Part shown: positions 8,916 to 16,413 of the stretch, one piece after another
Layout: each line of letters starts with the position of its first letter
How positions within the stretch are numbered: position 1 is the first letter of the stretch
Source of the DNA: an uncultured Clostridia bacterium
GTDB taxonomy: Bacteria > Bacillota > Clostridia > Oscillospirales > CAG-272
Direction: 5' to 3'
DNA length: 64,000 bases
NCBI GenBank assembly: GCA_947627815.1
Contig: CANQXN010000001.1
Span: 8,857 to 72,856, forward strand
The notes under the pieces: generated by a model
Told to the model about the DNA's origin: nothing
Databases searched by the model: none
Seen by the model: the letters and a program-made list of their open reading frames with translations, nothing else
Program-made: the position numbers and the translations under genes

Positions 8916-9875
8916 ATGAAACTTGTCATTACAGATGCCGCGACAGTGACAAACGGCGATGTCGATCTTTCCTGTTTCTCGGATTTCGGCGAGGTGATTT
9001 CTTACCCCTTGACAGCGCCTGATTTGCTTGCTCAACGGGTGAAAGACGCCGATTTTGTTCTCTGCAATAAATCCCGTATGACGCGCGAGGTGATGGAGGG
9101 AGCCAAACATCTTAAATATATCGGATTGTTTGCTACGGGCTATAACAATATCGATACAAGCGCCGCCAAAGAATTGGGCATTACGGTATGCAACGCCGGG
9201 AGTTATTCCACCGACGCCGTGGCGCAGCTGGTCTTCTCTTTCCTGCTTCATCATGCGTCCCGCGCGGCGGAATACAACAACTTTGTTCAGCAAGGCAGTT
9301 GGATCAAAAGCGCGACTTTTTCTCCCTTTGTCTTTGATATGACAGAACTTGCCGGCAAAACGATGGGCATTTTCGGCTTTGGCAGCATCGGCAAAAAAGT
9401 GGCACGCATCGCGCTTTCCTTCGGTATGAAGGTTTTGGTGACCACACGGACGGTACATCAGGAAGAGGAAGCGGCCTATGGCGTTTCCTTTGTGGATTTT
9501 GACACCCTTCTCTCCTCTTCCGATGTCATTACCGTTCATTGTCCCCTGACCGATCGCACCGCCGGATTGTTCGACCGCACGGTCTTTTCAAAAATGAAAC
9601 AGGGCGCCTATTTTATCAACACTTCCCGTGGCGGCGTTTTGGTGGAAAGCGCTTTGGCAGAAGCGGTCAAAAGCGGGCATCTGTCTGGCGCCGGCATCGA
9701 TGTCCTGACGACCGAACCCATGCTGCCGGATTGTCCCTTGCTCGGAATTGATGCCATCACCATTACCCCGCATATTGCCTGGGCGCCGCGAGAAACCCGG
9801 GAACGGCTGATCGGCATTGTATATGACAACATCAAGGCGTTTTTAGACGGGCATCCTGTTCATGTGGTATCATAA
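8916..9875 (+). CDS. D-isomer-specific 2-hydroxyacid dehydrogenase (glycerate/hydroxypyruvate reductase-like)
   Basis: GIFGFGSIGKKVA NAD-binding motif; VHCPLT...INTSRGG...DV...EP...TPHIAW catalytic-domain pattern. Confidence 0.85.
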   Translation: MKLVITDAATVTNGDVDLSCFSDFGEVISYPLTAPDLLAQRVKDADFVLCNKSRMTREVMEGAKHLKYIGLFATGYNNIDTSAAKELGITVCNAGSYSTDAVAQLVFSFLLHHASRAAEYNNFVQQGSWIKSATFSPFVFDMTELAGKTMGIFGFGSIGKKVARIALSFGMKVLVTTRTVHQEEEAAYGVSFVDFDTLLSSSDVITVHCPLTDRTAGLFDRTVFSKMKQGAYFINTSRGGVLVESALAEAVKSGHLSGAGIDVLTTEPMLPDCPLLGIDAITITPHIAWAPRETRERLIGIVYDNIKAFLDGHPVHVVS

Positions 9876-9884
9876 CAAAAGTAC

Positions 9885-9917
9885 GGCTCCCGACTTTTTG
9901 GCCGGGAGCCTCTTTTG
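9885..9917 (+). terminator. Rho-independent terminator
   Basis: GGCTCCCG...CGGGAGCC followed by TCTTTTG. Confidence 0.75.
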
Positions 9918-9959
9918 TAGGTTTCTCATAAAAAAATACGGCAAAATGACTTTGTACCC

Positions 9960-9988
9960 TTGAAATTCAAGCGGGGATATGATACAAT
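9960..9988 (+). promoter_or_regulatory. Sigma-A type promoter of the AAA_28-CYTH gene
   Basis: TTGAAA (9960-9965), 17-nt spacer, extended -10 TGaTACAAT (9980-9988). Confidence 0.6.
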
Positions 9989-10001
9989 AAGAAAGGTTGG
10001 G

Positions 10002-10037
10002 ATCCGCCCGGATCTGGGGCGGATTCTTGATTTTTTT
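10002..10037 (+). promoter_or_regulatory. Terminator-like hairpin in the 5' leader (possible attenuator)
   Basis: ATCCGCCC (10002-10009) pairs with GGGCGGAT (10017-10024) around a 7-nt loop, followed by TCTTGATTTTTTT. It lies between the predicted TSS and the start codon. Confidence 0.45.
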
Positions 10038-10065
10038 GCAAATACGCCGAATGGAAGAGAAAAAA

Positions 10066-11166
10066 ATGACTGTTACGAAAATTGTGATTACCGGCGGGCC
10101 ATGCGCCGGAAAAACCACGGCAATGAGCTGGATTCAAAACGCGTTTTCACAAAAAGGTTACACGGTTTTGTTTGTTCCCGAAACGGCAACCGAACTCATC
10201 ACAGGCGGCGTGGCGCCCTGGACTTGCGGAACCAATTTAGAATATCAAAAATGCCAAATGCGCTTGCAGATGGAAAAGGAACGGCTCTTTGAACAGGCGG
10301 CAAGAACCATGCCGGACGAAAAGATTCTGATCGTATGCGACAGAGGCGCCCTTGACAACAAAGCGTATATGACGCAAGATGAGTTTGCGCAGGTGGCGGC
10401 TTATGTTGGCTCCAATGAAGTGGAACTGCGGGATCAGTATGACGCCGTTTTTCATCTTGTGACGGCAGCCAAAGGCGCTACTGAATTTTATACGACAGCC
10501 AACAACGCGGCGCGCACCGAAACCGTGGAACAGGCGGTGGCCTTGGACGATAAACTGATGGCGGCCTGGGCGGGTCATCCGCATTTTCGCATTATTGATA
10601 ATTCTTGCGAATTTGAAGATAAAATGAAGCACCTGATCGGGGAGATTTCCTCCTTCCTCGGCGAGACGGCGCTTTATGAAGTGGAACGCAAATTCTTGAT
10701 TGAATATCCTGATATCTCCTGGCTGGAGTCGCTGCCCAACTGTCGGCGGGTGGAGATCATTCAAACCTACTTAAAGACGGTCAATCATGATGTCGTACAC
10801 CTGCGCCAGCGCGGGATCGACGGGCATTATATTTATATTCAGACGATCAAACGCGAGGTGGATAACAATAAGCGCGTGGAAATTGAGCGCCGGCTCTCAC
10901 AGGGCGAATATTTACGGCTCCTCATGGAGGCGGATTATACGAAGCGGCAGCTGCGCAAAACGAGATATTGCCTGATCAGCGGGGCTTTGAATATCGATAT
11001 AGATATTTATCCCTTCTGGAGCCATCAGGCCATCTGCAAAACCAAGCTCAGCGATGAGAACGCCACCATTCTCTTCCCTGACAAAGTCAAGGTCATACGG
11101 GAAATCACGGGCGACCCCGCCTATAAAATGTCATCGCTCGCGGCCTTGAATCTTGATAATAATTGA
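10066..11166 (+). CDS. AAA_28 P-loop ATPase fused to a CYTH (triphosphate tunnel metalloenzyme) domain
   Basis: N-terminus KIVITGGPCAGKTT (Walker A) and ILIVCDRG (Walker B-like). C-terminus YEVERKFLI (ExExK CYTH signature). Start chosen at ATG 10066 (GGAAGAG RBS); ATG 10051 is an alternative. Confidence 0.8.
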   Translation: MTVTKIVITGGPCAGKTTAMSWIQNAFSQKGYTVLFVPETATELITGGVAPWTCGTNLEYQKCQMRLQMEKERLFEQAARTMPDEKILIVCDRGALDNKAYMTQDEFAQVAAYVGSNEVELRDQYDAVFHLVTAAKGATEFYTTANNAARTETVEQAVALDDKLMAAWAGHPHFRIIDNSCEFEDKMKHLIGEISSFLGETALYEVERKFLIEYPDISWLESLPNCRRVEIIQTYLKTVNHDVVHLRQRGIDGHYIYIQTIKREVDNNKRVEIERRLSQGEYLRLLMEADYTKRQLRKTRYCLISGALNIDIDIYPFWSHQAICKTKLSDENATILFPDKVKVIREITGDPAYKMSSLAALNLDNN

Positions 11167-11170
11167 ATGA

Positions 11171-11211
11171 AAAAGGAGCCGGAACGGCCTGACCGTTCCG
11201 GCTCCTTTTTC
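11171..11211. terminator. Bidirectional terminator between convergent genes
   Basis: GGAGCCGGAACGG / CCTGA / CCGTTCCGGCTCC flanked by an A-run and a T-run. Confidence 0.85.
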
Positions 11212-11213
11212 TA

Positions 11214-11672
11214 TCAGGAATACATGCTGTTGGTACTCATATAGTCATAAATGGCTTTGCCGTGTCCCTGCTCCTCTGTCTGAATGTGATTTAATACATC
11301 GCGAAGCGGCTGTTGGGCAAATTCAAAGACGCAGGTATCATACAGATGGGAGGCGTGCTTCTCCATGGTAAGAAGATCGTTGCAAAGATAGCAGTCGTTT
11401 GTCTTGTTTTCGGTTTCGCCGGTATAGGTTTGGCTGAAGGTGGGCTGACTTTTGCTTCCGCTGGATATGGTCGGCACATTGCCCGCTTTGATGTCATTGA
11501 TCATATCCAGATGGTGCTGTTCTTCCGACGCAATGCGGGAGAAAAGATCGCGCAGTTGGGGGTCTTTGGCCGCCGCGGCGTGTTTGGTGTATTTGTCGGT
11601 GCAAAGTTTTTCCGATGTGCTGAGATCCTTTAATAATTCGGTCTCTTTGGTCGTCAATTGCATTCTGATCAC
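11214..11672 (-). CDS. Spore coat protein, CotF family
   Basis: Two Coat_F-like repeats: TKETELLKDLSTSEKLCTDKYTKHAAAAKDPQLRDLF and NDLLTMEKHASHLYDTCVFEFAQQPLRDVLNHIQTEEQ. Confidence 0.75.
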   Translation of the reverse strand: MIRMQLTTKETELLKDLSTSEKLCTDKYTKHAAAAKDPQLRDLFSRIASEEQHHLDMINDIKAGNVPTISSGSKSQPTFSQTYTGETENKTNDCYLCNDLLTMEKHASHLYDTCVFEFAQQPLRDVLNHIQTEEQGHGKAIYDYMSTNSMYS

Positions 11673-11747
11673 CTCTTTGCCATGAGTATTGCCGGGTTTG
11701 GAAAGGTCTATTCAGGCGATCGGATATAATTATTTTTTACTTGCATA

Positions 11748-11781
11748 GAAAAACCCCCGCCTTTATGGGCGGGGGTTTGTG
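11748..11781 (-). terminator. Terminator downstream of the lipoprotein gene
   Basis: CCCCCGCC (11754-11761) / GGCGGGGG (11768-11775), with a U-run on the minus strand (plus-strand GAAAAA). Confidence 0.75.
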
Positions 11782-11801
11782 GTTTTACGCATTAGGAGAC
11801 A

Positions 11802-12929
11802 TTACGGAGCAACATATTCGTAGAAGATGAAGTAGCCGTTGGGGTTCTTGCAAAGCTCACCGGTCTGATCATCCGCTTCGACGACAATGACAAACTCATA
11901 TGTCTCGCCGGAAACAAACTCGGGCATATCAACGATTTCAAAGTAAAGCTGATACCATTCTTTGGTCCGATAATTTTCGACTTCATATTCCTTGCCGTTA
12001 ATATACAGCTTGCTGATATGCGTATGAGATACACCGTAATCGGTAATCTCTGCACCTGTGTCATCCGTTCCCGCAGACTTATCACCAAACTGATTTTGAG
12101 ATCCGAAAGTGAAGTGCAGGCAGTTCGGAGCGGTCGCCTCATCGCCGAAGAGGAATTTATCGTGATACGGCAATTCGCTGCGGTCATGGAAGTTGGGAAC
12201 CATCTCTTCGATGTTGCCATAACTTGAGACAATCGGAGAAGGAGCGGTCCACCAGTTTTCTTCGTCCATGTTCCAGAAGTAGAGGCTGGTGCTGTAGGTT
12301 GTCGTCTCTTCATCGCCGGTGATAAAGAGATAAAATTCATAGCGGTGACCGGGTTCGGGCGTCCATCCTTCAGGAGCAACCCAAATCTCCCACCAGTTCG
12401 CGGTTTCATAGAAGGCTCTTTCGTACAGCGTGCATTCGGGATTCTCCGCAGGAGAGGTGGCGGTGCCGTGATCTACAATGTAAAGACGGTCAAATACTGT
12501 ATGGGAAAGCCCCGGCTTACCGTCTGCATCGTTTACGAAGTTGCCGCCTTCAGACTTTATCGTGAAATAAATTGAATTTTTGTGTTTAACGCTGTTTGTA
12601 TCCGTATGGTCGCCAACTGTTATCGCCATGTGCTGCAACAGATAGTCACGCTCTTCAGCGTACATATATTCTTCAGCGGCGTTGGTAGGTTCAATCGGCG
12701 GGATCACAATCGGATCAGTGGTGGTTTCTGCCGGCTTCTCCGTGGTATTGGCCGGCGCCTCCGTCGTATTCGACGGGACAGACGAGGTGGCAGCGGGCGC
12801 TTGACTGCTGCTCCCGGACGGATTGGTAGATTCGGACGCTGTTGTTTCATCGCCGTTGCAAGCTACAAACGCAAGACAAAGCGACAGGACAACGACCAGA
12901 AATACCACAAGGAATTTGAGGTTTTTCAT
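11802..12929 (-). CDS. Lipoprotein of unknown function with S/T/P-rich linker and two tandem homologous domains
   Basis: Signal peptide plus lipobox (LCLAFVAC) and a low-complexity linker. Two segments share the patterns (I/L)xFT, LYI, W(W/Y)x(I/L)(W/Y) and GxxYEF. Confidence 0.7.
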   Translation of the reverse strand: MKNLKFLVVFLVVVLSLCLAFVACNGDETTASESTNPSGSSSQAPAATSSVPSNTTEAPANTTEKPAETTTDPIVIPPIEPTNAAEEYMYAEERDYLLQHMAITVGDHTDTNSVKHKNSIYFTIKSEGGNFVNDADGKPGLSHTVFDRLYIVDHGTATSPAENPECTLYERAFYETANWWEIWVAPEGWTPEPGHRYEFYLFITGDEETTTYSTSLYFWNMDEENWWTAPSPIVSSYGNIEEMVPNFHDRSELPYHDKFLFGDEATAPNCLHFTFGSQNQFGDKSAGTDDTGAEITDYGVSHTHISKLYINGKEYEVENYRTKEWYQLYFEIVDMPEFVSGETYEFVIVVEADDQTGELCKNPNGYFIFYEYVAP

Positions 12930-13027
12930 ATGTACCTTCCTTTCAAATTATTGCGGCTTCACGAATCTATGATAGCCGCTTTTTCCGTTGCCGCCAAGGC
13001 AAACGAAAAAATAATCTTTACAAGGAT

Positions 13028-13056
13028 ATTATACATACACAAGCGCGGTTTGTCAA
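13028..13056 (-). promoter_or_regulatory. Consensus sigma-A promoter of the lipoprotein gene
   Basis: On the minus strand: TTGACA (13056-13051), 17-nt spacer, TATAAT (13033-13028). Confidence 0.7.
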
Positions 13057-13145
13057 TGATAAATTGTCTTTTCTTATGCACATTGTATCAGTCGCACTAA
13101 TTTTACATGTAACTTTTGTCTATTTTCACCAGCGAAAAGACGGCA

Positions 13146-15836
13146 TTATGTATGAGATTGGACGGAAAAGAGCTTTTTGATCGGAAGCGCGCGGAATTTT
13201 TGCCAGAATGACAGCGTGCTGTAATAAAAATCGGCGAGATACTGTTTCATGATCGCTTCTTCCGCGCCTGTGTGACAGCATTGAAGCATGACGGCAAATG
13301 CTTTCGGTTTTCTCTTCAGCGGGATTGTCATGAGATACTGCCGGAAGCCCTGTTCGGCGATGCTCTGCTGTTTTTTTATGCGAAACAGGTAAAGAAGATA
13401 GGGCGTCATCAAGCGTAACATTTCTGTTTCCTGTATCACATTGGAGGAAAAGATGAATTCCACCGTTTCCTTTTCAAAAGAGCTATCCCATTGGGGCGAC
13501 AAGAGCCTGTAAAAAAGATCTGTGGCATCGGCCTCTTTGACGGCGACCTCCGCCATAAAGGCGAGAAGATAGGGCAAGAAACGCTGATTCCATTCTTTAT
13601 CAAAACGGCCGGACAGCAATACCGCCGCAAAGTCGGCATGACTTCGGATTTCGAGGAGCAGTTTGCGGTAGTCGTCTTCGGTCGGCTGTGTGTGATAATT
13701 CCGCAGCCGAATGCCGATACCTGCTGCCATAAAAGCAAGACCGAGATCGGGATGCACATGGGACAAAAGGACATAAATTTTGTAGAAATCATCTGTATTG
13801 TTGATATAATAATCGTATATGTCGAGCGGCGACTGTTTGGCGATCACATCAAACAAGCGCCGCGCCAGACTGTCGCTGCCAAGACGATCTACCGAGGCGG
13901 CCAATAACATCAGGAAGTGTCCCGCTTCCTCGATCTGATGAACCGGTTTTAAGGAATCGAGATAATCTTGCAGTCTTTTTTCAAAAATCCCGCTTCCCTC
14001 TTCATCGCAAAGATATATGGCAGAAAAGAAATACTCCAATTCGTTCCGCGAGGCATGAGGCTCGGACAAAAAACGGAGTCTGTCCATTTCGTTCAAAAAT
14101 CCGATGTGGCTTTCCTCGCGTCTGAGGACGGCGTCGATGGCGGCCGTTTCCTCGGGGAGCGCGGAGCAGACTTTGCTATATTCCTGCAAGGTGGTTTCGC
14201 TGTAGTGTCCCGGTTCGGCATAAAACGCGACAATCGCGGCCGCAGCCTCGCTTTTATCCGCGATTTCCCGCACGACGGAAAAAACAAAGGCGTCGTCCGG
14301 GTGAAATTCTTCATCGGTTATCGCTTTTCCTATCGCCGGCACAATGACCTTTTCGGCAAACTCCGCCGGGAGAGAGGCGGTTTTCCGGCAGATGTCAAGA
14401 AAGGCGTTTTCCTCCGCCGTTAAAAGCGCGGACATGATTTTCCGGCAGGCTTCCCAAACGGCGTTTTCTCCCAAGGTAAAGGTCAATTTGTCGTAGCTGT
14501 CGGCAATCATATACATCAGGATACAGATTTCATTGGTGCCGGACAGCCCGTCCGCCCGATTGATATTTTCCGCCAGATAGGCGTCCAGTGTGTCGGTTTC
14601 CATGAGATGGGTCGGCAAATACTCTACTAAGAAAAAGAGTTTATCCACGATTTCTTTATAATACTCGCGGAGAGAAAGCGCGTCATTGACGCCGATTTCC
14701 TGATGGTGACTGTCGATAAAGGCGCGGATATCTTCTTTTGTCGTTTCATCGGTATGGCGGAAAATATAGGCGATGACAGGAAGAAGCGATTCGTTGCAGC
14801 CGAATTTAAAATCGGATTTTTTGATTTCCCGCCAAAGGCTGTCCGCTACCCAAGGCAGTTGGGCGGCGTCGGCAAGACCGATCTTGTTGAGAAAATATTG
14901 GATCTCATGAGCCGAATCAAACCAGGCAAAATCGTGTTCCAGCAGATAATAGACACCGGCGGCGGAAGAGACAGGCAGATGATATTCCTCCATGATCCGC
15001 TCCGTTCCTTCGAGAATGGGCGCGGTTTCTTCCGCATTTTTCAGAAAGACATCGACAATGGAGGTGGTGTATTTTACCGCTTCAATATCTTCGCAGGAAA
15101 TGCCGCCGCGATTATCGATGACAAAGCTTCCCGCTTCAATATCCTGCGCCACCTGCAAATCCACACTGGGCGCTGCGCAGATCAGCTTGCAATCTCTCAC
15201 CTTTTCAAAGGCGTAAGAACAAAGCGTAATCCGGCTTTTGATGTTTTTGGGGAGACAGCAATGCAGTCCGTAAAACCAATATTTCAGCGAAGGATATTTA
15301 TCGTTAAAGATAACAATGCGTCGATTGTCATACGAGTCAATGACCGCTTGCACCAAGTTGATCAGTGTCTTGCGACGCCCCTGTGAAAAAAACTTATGAA
15401 TCTCCGGCTGGCTCAAACGAAATTGCGGATGCGGAAAAGAGACGGCAGGCAGGGCTTCCCCGGCTTGCAAAGCCTTTTCTTCCTCTTCCGTCAAGCTGTT
15501 TTTAAAGCAGTTGTTGATAACATAAAGAAAAGGCGAAAAATCCTCGCTTTTTTCTTCTACCAAAACATGAAGGATGCCGCGGGGCGTGTCATTTTCCGAA
15601 AGATAATACACACCGCTTTTCGCAAGCGCGATTCGGTTGTCCGGCAGATCGAGGCAGTATATACCGGCAAGCGTTTCGTTATCTTCGTCTTCCGGCAACG
15701 GTTCTTGCCGGACAGGCAGTGTGACAGCGGAAAGAATGAGCCGGATATCCTCTTCCGAAAACGCGGCGGAAGCGGCGGTTATATTCTTTTCTCCTTGATC
15801 GGTATGCCATGACACATAGATCATTTGCTCGGCCAT
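13146..15836 (-). CDS. Large (896 aa) cytoplasmic protein of unknown function
   Basis: Long uninterrupted ORF. Start moved to ATG 15836 (MAEQMIYVSW, preceded by GGAAGGGAGAA RBS). No TM segment or catalytic motif that I recognise; predicted to be mostly helical. Confidence 0.75.
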   Translation of the reverse strand: MAEQMIYVSWHTDQGEKNITAASAAFSEEDIRLILSAVTLPVRQEPLPEDEDNETLAGIYCLDLPDNRIALAKSGVYYLSENDTPRGILHVLVEEKSEDFSPFLYVINNCFKNSLTEEEEKALQAGEALPAVSFPHPQFRLSQPEIHKFFSQGRRKTLINLVQAVIDSYDNRRIVIFNDKYPSLKYWFYGLHCCLPKNIKSRITLCSYAFEKVRDCKLICAAPSVDLQVAQDIEAGSFVIDNRGGISCEDIEAVKYTTSIVDVFLKNAEETAPILEGTERIMEEYHLPVSSAAGVYYLLEHDFAWFDSAHEIQYFLNKIGLADAAQLPWVADSLWREIKKSDFKFGCNESLLPVIAYIFRHTDETTKEDIRAFIDSHHQEIGVNDALSLREYYKEIVDKLFFLVEYLPTHLMETDTLDAYLAENINRADGLSGTNEICILMYMIADSYDKLTFTLGENAVWEACRKIMSALLTAEENAFLDICRKTASLPAEFAEKVIVPAIGKAITDEEFHPDDAFVFSVVREIADKSEAAAAIVAFYAEPGHYSETTLQEYSKVCSALPEETAAIDAVLRREESHIGFLNEMDRLRFLSEPHASRNELEYFFSAIYLCDEEGSGIFEKRLQDYLDSLKPVHQIEEAGHFLMLLAASVDRLGSDSLARRLFDVIAKQSPLDIYDYYINNTDDFYKIYVLLSHVHPDLGLAFMAAGIGIRLRNYHTQPTEDDYRKLLLEIRSHADFAAVLLSGRFDKEWNQRFLPYLLAFMAEVAVKEADATDLFYRLLSPQWDSSFEKETVEFIFSSNVIQETEMLRLMTPYLLYLFRIKKQQSIAEQGFRQYLMTIPLKRKPKAFAVMLQCCHTGAEEAIMKQYLADFYYSTLSFWQKFRALPIKKLFSVQSHT

Positions 15837-15974
15837 AGTGGATTCTCCCTTCCTATTCCGCCTCTGTGGACACTTCCACAGAGTACACACCATTATATCA
15901 TAAAATAATGCATTCGTCAATTGATTTTAGAAAGAAGATAACGCAAAGGGGCAAAATGGATCGAAATTCATATG

Positions 15975-16008
15975 CAAACAGGAGGGGGCTTGTCTCCCCC
16001 TCCTGTTT
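15975..16008 (-). terminator. Hairpin downstream of the Cys-rich gene (probable terminator)
   Basis: CAAACAGGAGGGGG / CTTGTC / TCCCCCTCCTGTTTG, a 14-bp stem. The U-tract on the minus strand is weak. Confidence 0.55.
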
Positions 16009-16018
16009 GGCTCGTCAT

Positions 16019-16288
16019 TCAGCATACGCCGCCGCATCCGCCGTTTTGTGAATCGGTCTGACAGGGATCATCGGCGTTTTGGTTATCCGCGTTTTCGCCG
16101 GATGGACAGCAGCAGTCTGCGGCTGATTTGTCGCCGCTGCCCTCCCCCTGCGGTTGACAGGGGGCGCACTGACAGCTTTTTTTCTTTTTACGGCACATTT
16201 TTCCGATCATGGTGCTGATCAAGAGGATCATGGCGGCAATCAGAGACGCCCACAGCATGATTTTGCAAAGTTTGGCTTTCGATTTCAT
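16019..16288 (-). CDS. Small Cys-rich single-pass membrane protein (89 aa)
   Basis: Start at ATG 16288 (AGGGA RBS). MKSKAKLCKIMLWASLIAAMILLISTMIG is the TM segment. Then RKKKKSCQCAPCQ...DCCCPSG...GGCGGVC, with 12 Cys in the last ~58 aa. Confidence 0.6.
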   Translation of the reverse strand: MKSKAKLCKIMLWASLIAAMILLISTMIGKMCRKKKKSCQCAPCQPQGEGSGDKSAADCCCPSGENADNQNADDPCQTDSQNGGCGGVC

Positions 16289-16413
16289 GGTTCCATCCCT
16301 TTCCCTATTGTATTCACATAATAGTATATCCCTAAAAGGACAAATTACTATTTGAAAAAAATTTTTGTTATGCCTTGATTTTGGCGTCCTTGTGTTTTTT
16401 GGGGATATGAAAA

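Noticed and set aside
9997-10065. The track ORF start at 9997 for the AAA_28-CYTH gene.
   Set aside because: The extension covers the leader hairpin and T-run. The ATG at 10066 has the better RBS and immediately precedes the P-loop strand.
12690-12870. Low-complexity nucleotide tracts here, and also at 22560-22770 and 39640-39900. I examined them as possible repeats or arrays.
   Set aside because: They encode S/T/P/A-rich protein linkers in frame within long ORFs. I saw no unit-length periodicity or spacer-repeat structure.
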